Assembly: GCF_006345805.1 (NCBI RefSeq) | Contig: NW_021824366.1 | Span: 1 to 18,978, forward strand | DNA length: 18,978 bases | Source of the DNA: Octopus sinensis | Lineage: Eukaryota | Reading direction: 5' to 3' | Shown: one piece after another, positions 9,132-18,724 of the stretch | Position numbering within the stretch: the stretch's first letter is position 1 | Layout of the letters: each line of letters opens with the position of its first letter | Notes under the pieces: generated by a model | The model's input: the letters and a program-made list of their open reading frames with translations, nothing else | What the model was told of the DNA's origin: nothing | Database searches by the model: none | Made by a program: the position numbers and the translations under genes

Positions 9132-9683
9132 TACTCTTTTACTCTTTTACTTGTTTCAGTTAGTTGGCTGCGGTCATGCTGAAGCACCGACTTTAGTCGA
9201 GCAAATCGACCCCAGAACTTATTCTTTGTAAGCCTAGTACCTGTTCTATCGGTCTCTTTTGCCGAACCGCTAAGTTGCGGGGACGTAAAAACACCAGCAT
9301 CGGTTGTCAAGCGATGTTGGAGGGACAAACATAGACACACAAACATACATACACACACACACACACACATACGCGCGCGCGCACATATATATACATATAT
9401 ACGACGGGCTTCTTCCAGTTTCCGTCTACCAAATCCACTCACAAGGATTTGGTTGACCCGAGGCTATAGTAGAAGACACTTTCCCAAGGTGCCACGCAGT
9501 GGGACTGAACCCGAAACCATGTAGTTGGTAAGCAATGCCAATAATTGCATAATTTCTATTACAAAATTATCAACTTCAACGCAGCTGTTTTGATAAAAAC
9601 CGAATTTTAAAAGTCCTGGCTGTAAATATCCTCGAGCTTGTAGTTCGTAAGCAAGCTACTTACAACATAGCCACTCCTACGCC
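9132..9683 (-). mobile_element. SINE family A, full-length, interrupted near its head by segment X
   Basis: Head GGCGTAGGAGTGGCTATGTTGTAAGTAGCTTGCTTAC at 9683; body resumes at 9535; tail TACTCTTTTACTCTTTTAC at 9132. Confidence 0.85.
9536..9639 (-). repeat. Segment X, copy 2, flanked by a 15-bp duplication
   Basis: GTAGTTGGTAAGCAA (9521-9535) versus GTAGTTCGTAAGCAA (9640-9654), 14 of 15 identical. Confidence 0.85.
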
Positions 9684-9770
9684 TTGTAGGAGTGGCCACT
9701 TTCCTTTAGATGAAAGTTAGGTACATAGGTAGATAGAAAGATAGATAGATAGATTGATAGACTACTTTTA

Positions 9771-10000
9771 TTTAGATGACTCCAGTTTCTAAGAATTTTA
9801 AGCCTCGCCTCGGTCAATTAGCGAATACCAAGAGCAGGCATTGATAATTACAGGCGTCCACTTGACAAACACTTTGACACAGGCCAATTTTAAATAGGTT
9901 TTTCAAGAGTTGTATTCCCTCTTAATTTCTTAATTTGCTGATTTATGCATATCTCAAGAGGCCAATCTTATGTAGGTTTCTCAAGGGTTGCCAGAGACCT
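9771..10000 (+). pseudogene. Helitron helicase C-terminal relic (motifs V-VI)
   Basis: FR*LQF (FKRLQFP), SISEYQEQALIITGVHL (TINKSQGQSLKIxGVxL), GQF*IGFSRV and GQSYVGFSRV (HGQLYVxxSRV). Confidence 0.7.
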
Positions 10001-10102
10001 TTTGTTCTCTTAAATTTGTTGACATTTCATACATTGAGGGATTAATATGATACGTTTCAAAATTCTCAAATCTATGACGGACATAAATGTAATATGTACA
10101 TA

Positions 10103-10404
10103 TTGTTTGTTCCTTCTCGTGCCACGCCTGGCTCATAAGGGCCGGTTTACCGGTTTCCTTGGGGTATAGGTTCCCCACATGGACGGGACGCCGGTCCGTC
10201 GCAGGTGAGCTGCAAGATGCAGGAGGAAAGAGTGAGAGAAAGTTATGGCGAAAGAGTCAGCAGAAGTTCGCCTTTACCTTCTGCAGGAGGCACGTGAAGT
10301 TTAGGTGTTTCTCTCATAAACACACACATCGCCCGGTCTGAGATTCGAATCTACGAAGCCTCGACTGCGAGTCCGCTGCTCTAACCACTAGGCCATGTGC
10401 CTCT
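10103..10404 (-). mobile_element. tRNA-derived SINE family C (tRNA-Arg-like head, V-domain-like segment)
   Basis: Minus strand A-box TGGCCTAGTGG, anticodon-like GACTCGC, B-box-like GATTCGAATCTC, CCTGCGACGGACCGGCGTCCCGTCCA segment, AAC-rich tail. Confidence 0.9.
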
Positions 10405-10907
10405 ACAATATATACATATAGTCCAGTCAAATTAGTTGCTATTCCCCAGAACCCACCACTAATTGCAACAGAAACGAAACCTGTTGGAATGTGTTCAGTA
10501 GGGTACACTTTATGATAGACTAAAAATCTCACAAAATCTTTGAATGTAACAATATTTTTTTCAGTGGTGAACTTTTGGATTTTAGGATTAGACAACCAAG
10601 GTACAGACATGCACAGCAACACTTCTTATGAAGCTATGAAGCCATTTTTTGTGTTGGAACCTATGTTTTTCTGTTATATCTCTCACATGGAATTGCCTGC
10701 CAAGAGATTTGGGGCTGCCCTATACATTTACCAGGGGTACCCTCACATCGCCTTAACTCTTAACGGGCAATGTATGTGCTATATAATTGGTATAAGAAGT
10801 GTGTATGATATGGCATGTCCAAGTATTGGATTCTATAGTTTGGATATTTGTGCTACATGTATGGCATCAGTATAGGTAGTAATATTCATAACTACATGCA
10901 GGTTTGA

Positions 10908-11222
10908 GGAGGCACATGACCTAGTGGTTAGAGTAGCGGACTCGCGATCAAGGGATCGTTGGTTCGAGTCTCAGATCGGGTGATGTGTGTTTTTATGAGC
11001 GAAACACTTAATCCCCACGCGGCTCTGGCAGAAGGTAATGGCGACCTTCTGCTGACTCTTTCGCCACAACTTACTCTCACTCTTTCCTTTTGCATCTGGC
11101 AGCTCACCTGCTACGGACCGGCGTCCTGTCCAGGCGGAGAGCCTATACGTCAATGAAACTGGGAAACCGGCCCTTATGAGCCAAACATGGCTCGAGAAGG
11201 AACAAACAACAAAAGCAACAAC
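10908..11222 (+). mobile_element. SINE family C, second copy
   Basis: A-box TGACCTAGTGG, B-box GGTTCGAGTCTC, colinear with the 10103-10404 copy, (AAC)-type tail. Confidence 0.9.
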
Positions 11223-11293
11223 ACAACACATGCAGATTTTCTCATAATGTCTGTCTTTAAGTCTATATTAATAATCAACCATTTTTTCTTCAG

Positions 11294-11600
11294 AGTCATC
11301 GTAGCAGACTGCGTATTTTATAACAAGAAACAGAGAAATGGTGCAACAGTCACACCGGGTGGCAAAGGTTGTGAAGGCATAGCAAAATCACGTCTTCAAC
11401 TTGGATCCAATATTGTGGTAAAACCGGGTGAAGTTGTTCACAGAGAATGTAGAAAGAAATTTGGTCATCCGAGTGAAACAGAACGGTTCAAGCGGAAAAG
11501 TACATCAGACAGTGAAACAGTTCGATATACGGCCAACAATGTGGATCGTGATACTAGGACTCCGAGACACTCAACGCATTGGGTATTAGAGCAATTGTAA
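11294..11600 (+). other. Non-repetitive ~100-codon open frame behind a good splice acceptor; host exon or DNA-transposon relic
   Basis: Acceptor ATTTTTTCTTCAG ends at 11293; frame VIVADCVFYNKK...GCEGIAKSRLQLGSNIVVKPGEVVHRECRKKF...; stop at 11598-11600. Family not identified. Confidence 0.3.
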
Positions 11601-11878
11601 CACCCAAATGTGATGGCAACTCTGGGGTAAAACGTGTGACTGTGACAGCAGAGGAGATTACCACAACACATTATATAATTTCTTAATCACTTGCAGTTTG
11701 GATATCCGGTTGTTCGAGTTTTCTCCAAATATTTACTCCGGTTTCCATTGGTTATGTGAATGGTTATATTTGTACGTGTCCTTTACTTGCCAACACTTAT
11801 TTTCCCATTAGTTTAAGAATTATTGCATATTAAGTATAAAATATAGTCATTCAAGAATAAATAACTGAGATTTTATTA

Positions 11879-11905
11879 CTAGTTTTCGACCGCAGCTGCG
11901 CCGGA
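11879..11905 (-). mobile_element. Possible Helitron 3' terminus (hairpin then CTAG|T)
   Basis: Minus strand: palindrome CGCAGCTGCG (11891-11900), short spacer, CTAG (11879-11882), then T. Confidence 0.4.
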
Positions 11906-11915
11906 TGTTCTGCTT

Positions 11916-12420
<505 letters not shown>

Positions 12421-12814
12421 TCGGAGTTGTAATTTGAAATTATAGCTGCAGGTATAACTGATAAAGTTGTGTATTGCTATATAATTAAATTTACATAAAT
12501 GATAGCGAAACATTTTGGGAAGCTGGGAAAACCAATTGAAGAAAAGTAGACGGAGCCCGTAAGCAGAGAAGTCATACTAAAGACGCGCATTCCAGTCACG
12601 GCTGAAGGTTAACAACCTTGCATTTACTAAGTTCTGAAAGACGAGGGTGGACTGGTGAGTGACAGAAAAAAAACTAGGTTTCCAGTGGCTCAGGATTTTC
12701 AGAAGATGCTCGTTGAGGAGAGAGGAAGAGGGAAGGAGAGACGGAGAGAGGAGAAGAGAGGAATAGGGAAAGATGGATGGATGTAGGGAGGGAGTGAGAG
12801 GGGAAGAGAGATAG

Positions 12815-13903
12815 ATAGGCTCAAGGTGTTGGATAACGATATTGTGGGTAACCCACCACTATTTTGGCGATGTTAAAAATGAGATTCATTTGACGATAGT
12901 TGACTAGGATATGGGGAATTGCTTTTGAGGGTGGGTGGGCATCTGGACAAACTGTTGGGTGCTTTTATATATATATATATATATATATTGTCTATGGAAT
13001 GAAAGGGCATCAAACTTGGCATCAAAGTGCAGGTCTATAAAATAGCCATTTTTATTTCTTTACTGCCCACAAGGGGCTAAACATAGAGGGGTTAAACAAG
13101 GACAGACAAAGGGATTAAGTCGATTATATCGACCCCAGTGCGTAATTTGTACTTATTTAATCGACCCCGAAAGGATGAAAGGCAAAGTCGACCTCGGCGG
13201 AATTTGAACTCAGAACGTAGCGACAGACGAAATACTGCTAAATATTTCGCCAGCGTGCTAACGGTTCTGCCAGCTCACCGCCTTAAAATAGCCATTCTTG
13301 ATACTCTCTTGTATTGCCCAGAATCGTGGAGACCTTATAGACAACACATTAACCAACTAGACATCTTCCACAAAGACTGTTGAGGACAATCTGCGGTTAT
13401 TTACGAAAAGACAAAATTCCTAATGCCGACTTGGTTAGCAAGTGTAAGATTGGTGGAATTGAGAGCTTCCTTCTACAATCACAATTGCGCTTGGCTAGAC
13501 ATGTCGTCAGAATGATTGACGAAAAAATACCCGGATTCCTCATGTACTGCCAGCTTTAGAGTGGACACAGGAATTCCCATGGCTCAGATATAAAGACAGC
13601 TGTAGATAGTGATGAAGATAGTTCACAACACGTTTGAGCGAACAGCCTTGGTACGAACAAAATGGAGATCGTTGTGTCAAAATGGTATTAAAAATCTATG
13701 TTGCAACGAGCATTAACAGGCCACGGAGTGCAGGGCAAAGGAGAAAAGCGGCTGCAAATATACCACCTACACTGACCCGTAATCCTTAAACTTGCAACAT
13801 TTGTGGTCTTCTTTGCAAATCGTTGGCGGAACTTAACCGTCACAAAAGCATTAAGCACGTTGTCGAAGCCTCAAACATCGAAACCGACGGGAGAGTCCAT
13901 CAT
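12815..13903 (+). mobile_element. Decayed RTE-clade LINE 3' region, split by (TA)n and a SINE
   Basis: LKVLDN..NEIHL (weaker), LWNERGIKLGIKVQVYKIAILDTLLYCPESW, LRTICG..KDKIPN, QLRLARHVVRM, terminal TCNICG..CKS..ELNRHK, and the 3' end CGACGGGAGAGTCCATCAT typical of RTE. Confidence 0.85.
13051..13283 (-). mobile_element. tRNA-derived SINE family B with 13-bp target-site duplication
   Basis: TAAAATAGCCATT at 13038-13050 and 13284-13296; minus-strand B-box GAGTTCAAATTCC; tail AAAGAAATAAA. Confidence 0.92.
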
Positions 13904-14216
13904 ACACACACACACACACACACACACATCTATGTATATATATATGTATGGGTGTGAGTGTGTGTGTTTGTATATAAACATTGTTTGTGGGTAAACAAAG
14001 CAACCAATGTTTTCATGTACAAAGGTTTTCACAATTGGTCAAGCGTAGGTTCTCGTCACATTTTTGAATGAGAGTACCAAGATGTTTGCCACGTTAACAC
14101 ACAAATAAATAATAATTATCCACCAATACGGTGTTGACCACTCGTTCTCATTGATCCATACTAGTGTGCACACGCGTATATGCACGCACAGACACATACA
14201 TTCATACACACACATC

Positions 14217-14251
<35 letters not shown>

Positions 14252-14254
14252 ATA
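13904..14254. repeat. (CA)n/(TG)n/(TA)n microsatellites with a short unique spacer
   Basis: Direct reading (13904-13980 and about 14165-14254). Confidence 0.85.
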
Positions 14255-14594
14255 GTGAAGGCGCATGGCTCAGTGGTTAGAGCGTCGAGCTTACGATCGT
14301 GAGGTTGTGAGCTCGAATCCCGGACCGGCCGTGTTGTGTTCTCGAGCAAGGCACTTTATTTCACGTTGCTCCAGTTCACTCAGCTGTAGAAATGATTGCG
14401 ACGTCACTGGTGCCAAGCTGTATCGACCTTTGTCTTTCCCTTGATAACACTGGTGGCGTGGAGAGGGGAGGCTGGTATGCATGGCGACTGCTGGCCTTCC
14501 ATAAAAACAACCTTGCCCAGACTTGTGTCTAGGAGGGTAACTTTCTAGGTGCAATCCCATGGTCATTCATGACCGAAGGGGTCTTTACCCTTTT
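14255..14594 (+). mobile_element. tRNA-derived SINE family D with CORE-like segment
   Basis: A-box TGGCTCAGTGG (14266-14276), B-box-like GCTCGAATCC (14311-14320), TGTTGTGTTCTCGAGCAAGGCACTT segment; embedded in (TA)n on both sides. Confidence 0.9.
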
Positions 14595-14747
14595 ATATAT
14601 ATTGATATATATATATATTGATATATATATATATATATATATTGATAGAAAATGGTAAGGCAACAAAAGAATGAAAGAGACCTCGATATTATGTAAATAG
14701 AGGAATTTATCTGTAAATATAATGCGTGACAATTATTCGGTAGCCAT

Positions 14748-14808
14748 GATAAAACTCCGAGTTTCGGATGTCGGCTCGGAAACCCACGCTGCCATCTCTT
14801 CAGTCATC
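14748..14808 (-). ncRNA. Type I hammerhead motif, minus-strand copy
   Basis: GATGA-CTGAAGA-[GATG...CATCC]-GAAA-CTCGGAG-T-T-TTATC; stem I has one G-U pair; triplet GUU. Confidence 0.6.
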
Positions 14809-14829
14809 AGCCCATCGAAAAAATTGCCG

Positions 14830-14890
14830 GATAACTGAAGAGATGGCGGCGTGGGTTTCCGCCCCGACATCCGAAACTCGGAGTTTTATC
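14830..14890 (+). ncRNA. Type I hammerhead motif, plus-strand copy
   Basis: Stem I GATAA(14830-14834)/TTATC(14886-14890); CTGAAGA at 14835-14841; stem II GATG/CATC plus GCGG/CCGC; GAAA at 14873-14876; stem III ACT-CGG-AGT; triplet GUU. Confidence 0.65.
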
Positions 14891-14949
14891 ATGCCTACGA
14901 ATAATTGTCACATACTATATTTACATATATCTATATATATATATATACC

Positions 14950-14956
<7 letters not shown>

Positions 14957-15040
<84 letters not shown>
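14957..15040. repeat. (TCTG)n(TCTA)n microsatellite, 5' flank of the LINE
   Basis: Direct reading. Confidence 0.95.
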
Positions 15041-15041
15041 T

Positions 15042-16945
15042 AACGAACCTGGCATGGGTGGGGCCCTGATCAACTTGGATCAATCAAAAGCCTTTGATAG
15101 GGTGGACCATCGATACTTGGAGGCAGTCCTGAGAGCGGCTGGTTTCGGTCCCGTCTTCCGCGGCTGGATAGCTGCCTTGTACAGAGGCATCCGTTCGGTA
15201 ATTCGCGTAAATGGACATCTATCGAGACCTTTCGACATTGCACGTTCGGTCCGTCAGGGATGCCCCTCTCTGGCGCTTCTATACGTATTGACTCTTGAGC
15301 CACTACTGCGGAAGCTGGCGACTCTAAGGGGCATCCCGCGAGAATTGGGATGCGGGACGAGCGTGTCTGCATACGCGGACGACGTCACGGTCATAGTGTC
15401 TAGCCACGAGCACATCGAGCTGGTCGGCGAGACACTGAAAACTACGAAGCGGTGACAGGAGCGAAAATCACCGGGAAAAGTCAGTGGGCTTGCGACTAGG
15501 CACCTGGAGAAGCAGGCCCATGCCGTCCACCAGCGCCTCCGTCGTGGGACGCTGGACCGACGGCCCGGTTGAGTTGCTCGGGGTCTGGTTTGTCCGGACC
15601 TCCAAGTGGAGAAGAACTGGAACGAGATAACGAGTAGGGTGGTGACTCTCGCCCGGCAATGGGCCGAGAGGAAACTGTCCCTAAAAGGTCGAGCGGAGGT
15701 GGCGAACACGTACATCGCGTCCGTCATCTACTACTACCGCCTGACCGTCGTACCTTGTCCCGACCCTACATCACCAAACTACAACGCATCCTCTTTCGCT
15801 TCTTGTGGAAAGGATGCGTCCCGATGGTCAGGCGATCCATTTGCTGTCACACCCGTTAAAAGGAGGGCTGGCATGCCGTGGTTGATGATGCGCAGACACG
15901 CGCTGAGACTGCGACATCTCTGGCTCTATGTAGACGACGGTGAACAGGTGTGGTCGCCGTTTGTGAGGCACGCTTTCCCGCAGCTCGTCTCCATGACCGA
16001 ACTGCAGTCGTGGATCAAAAGAGGCCGAGGAAGGGCGAATGGCACCGCGAGTGTCGCGTTGCTCTCAAGCAAGTCTGCCGTCCTGGGTCGACCTTAAGTG
16101 ACTTCAACACAACCAAAGCATTCTATAGGGGTTTAGTGGAGGGGAGGTACGACGACGAGCTCGGGGCGAACCTGGACGTCGACGAGGAGTACCTGACCCG
16201 CCTGTTCGGGACGACTTTCGGGCCAGGGCCCATGGACAACTTCCAGAGATCCCTGGCCTGGCAGTGCTACCGAAAGCGCTACCCGTTCGGGATAAGCTCT
16301 ACAGACACGGCTCGAGAAACACGGGGCCGACCTGCCGAGATGCGGTCAGAGCGACGAAACCGTTCTGCACGCACTCGTTCAGTGTCCAACAATTTCCGAC
16401 CTGTGGGCTTATGTCGAACAACTGCTGTCACGTGTGGGACGAGTCGGGTTATCAGCTGAGTCTATCGTCAATATTGTCACGCCCCTCCCTTCCTTCAACG
16501 GGAAGGAAGAGCTATTTTCATCATCCTTGTGGCTATGGCGAAAGAATGTATCTGGTGGACGCGTCTGAAAGGATTGGAGACAAACACTTTCCTCTCTGGT
16601 CAATCTCTCATCAACTTCTTCAAGTACCACTTGAAAAGGAAAGTGAGAGTAGAGAGGCAAGTTTTTGTCTAGCGAATGTTTTAAAAAAAGATGGGTGAAT
16701 GTTGCAAGAATGGCACGTATGAATGACGAAGCCACCTTGAGCATAGTCCTATGAACCCAGAAATCGAAAACAGAGAGTTACTTATTTGCAAAAAAAAAAA
16801 AAAAAAAAAAAAAAGAATATAAAGTGACTTCATTGACCGAGGTACCGTGGTCTTTTCCGTAGGCTTTTCTTTCCACGGGTAAACCTCACCTGTCCTCCCC
16901 TTTACACTTCATATTGACATTTCTGTGATAACGATCCCTATTGAT

Positions 16946-16978
<33 letters not shown>

Positions 16979-17170
16979 CCCTCTCCCCCTTTTTTTTTTT
17001 TTTTTTTTTTTTTACCCCCCTTTTTTTTGTCCTCTTTCTCTCCTTTTACGATCCCTTTTGATCGAACCTCCCCCTCCTATTTTTTTTTTTTTTTTTAATA
17101 CCTTCAAAAGAAAAGCTCTACCTTGTATTTTTCTATCTGTGTGCAGCCCTGTGTGGCTAATAAAGAAACA
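15042..17170 (+). mobile_element. 5'-truncated L1/Tx1-clade LINE: RT domain, C-terminal Zn-binding region, 3' UTR
   Basis: LDQSKAFDRVDH, SVRQGCP, AYADD, GAKINREKS, LSLKGRAEVAN, GGLGMP, CPRCGQSDETVLHALVQC across about 10 frameshifts. Stop near 16752-16754; AATAAA at 17159-17164 followed by (TCTA)n. Confidence 0.9.
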
Positions 17171-17171
17171 T

Positions 17172-17199
17172 ATCTATCTATCTATCTATCTATCTATCA

Positions 17200-17273
<74 letters not shown>

Positions 17274-17452
17274 CGATATATATATATATATATATATTAT
17301 ATAATATATATATATATATATAATATATATAGGTACAATTATATGTACATTTTACTCTATCTCTTCATATTCTTCATATTTATATCACGTTCTTGTCCAA
17401 ACCCACTACCGTTAATTTCTCCTTCATCGCCTATAAAGATACTTATTTATTA

Positions 17453-17533
<81 letters not shown>

Positions 17534-17570
17534 CTATCTATCTATCTATCCATCTATCTATCTATCTATC

Positions 17571-17648
<78 letters not shown>
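17172..17648. repeat. Two (TCTA)n arrays and a (TA)n run around a short unique block
   Basis: Arrays at about 17172-17275 and 17454-17648. Confidence 0.95.
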
Positions 17649-18720
17649 GGGGTTTGTTTGCTGGTTTGTTGTTTTTCTTGGCGTTGTTCCATAATTGAGT
17701 GTGTTGGTGTTGGTGTTGGCAACAAAGGGATTTTATTTGTTTTCTGAATTGTTCTTTCTTGTTTTTTCTGTACCAGATCGCACTTGGCAATCAAATGTTC
17801 GGGGCTGCCCATTTGTAGCATCTAGGCTTTTTGCCTTCTGCCATAACATATAGGCATTGCCCATTCTCCAAGTATATCCGTCGGGTAGGCTCTCGATAGA
17901 GGCCCCCTCAATCTGGATGGTCAAAACTACTGTTTTTCCACCCCATTGTCGTTTAGGTACAAACGGCTGTTTCTAGAATATTGATCTTTTTCAAGTGGTA
18001 ACAGATTGCCCCTGTTATCCATTTGTTCGGCATATCGGGGGGTACATTTCTAATAGTAATTCTACTCACCCTCTGGTTTTTATAATAAGGGACCATGATG
18101 ATTTCATCATTTCCCAGAGACTCAGTAGAGTGAGCTTTTGCCACTTCCTGGTTAGGGAAGCGGACCACTACTGTGTTAAACTGGGGACCCCAGTTTATAT
18201 ACTCTTTTCTTTCATTATGTTTTTTAAACATTTCTCCACATCAGTTTTTGTAATCTGTTCATTTGGTTTTTTGTTTTTTCTAATAATTTTATATACAATT
18301 GTCTTATTTCTATTTCTTGTTTTATATGTTGAGGTGTATGCAGGACTAAATCTTGTCCACGGGTTGTAAAGAGAGCTCTTGTCTCTATGAGCTCTTCATT
18401 TGTGAATGTTACGATTTTTTCTTCTTCTGGCGAAGAATGTCTGCGAAATTTACTGATTTGTTGACTTTTTTGTATTGGCATCTTCACTATTAGATAGTTC
18501 ATTTTTATTGTTGTTCTTGTTGTTGCTGTTGTTTTTGTCAATAGTTTTCGTTTCAGTTTTATTTTTATCATTTATGTTGGTCGTGGTAGTGGTGGTGGTG
18601 GTGGTGGAGGTGGTGGTGGTAGCAGTTGTTGTCTCGTGGTTGCTGTTGTTAGTGGTGGTGGTGGCGGTGGTGACAGGGCTGTTAACGCACGTGGTTGCAG
18701 CGTTCCTTTCACCGAATTTC
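17649..18720 (-). pseudogene. LINE ORF1 (gag-like) relic: T/N-rich N-terminus, RRM-like region, CCHC knuckle
   Basis: VVVRFPNQEVAK, RVSRITIRNVPPDM (RRM-like), YLENGQCLYVMAEGKKPRCYKWAAPEHLIAKC (C-x2-[C>W]-x4-H-x4-C at 17780-17821); frameshifts and stops; cut off at (GATA)n. Confidence 0.75.
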
Positions 18721-18724
18721 ACGT

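Larger units (their letters stand above)
14646..14925. mobile_element. Foldback element of two inverted hammerhead-plus-tail units
   Basis: About 14712-14808 is the imperfect reverse complement of about 14830-14925, with a 21-nt spacer; the left tail extends to about 14646; flanked by (TA)n. Confidence 0.8.

Noticed and set aside
6879-9640. Whole interval as one DNA transposon with X as terminal inverted repeats
   Set aside because: The right X copy sits inside a SINE with its own 15-bp duplication and there is no TSD outside the pair.
12540-12660. Strong donor CTG|GTGAGT near 12655
   Set aside because: No upstream polypyrimidine tract or acceptor, and the frames contain stops.
14255-14325. 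tRNA-like cloverleaf heads (also 10335-10404 and 10908-10975)
   Set aside because: They continue directly into SINE bodies and lack a proper acceptor stem, so they are SINE heads, not tRNA genes.
15070-15727. Minus-strand ORFs over the RT region
   Set aside because: Antisense shadows of a GC-rich coding strand.
16789-16814. Poly(A) as the 3' end of the Tx1-like LINE
   Set aside because: UTR-like sequence continues to an AATAAA at 17159 and there is no TSD after the A-run, so it is treated as internal. This remains uncertain.
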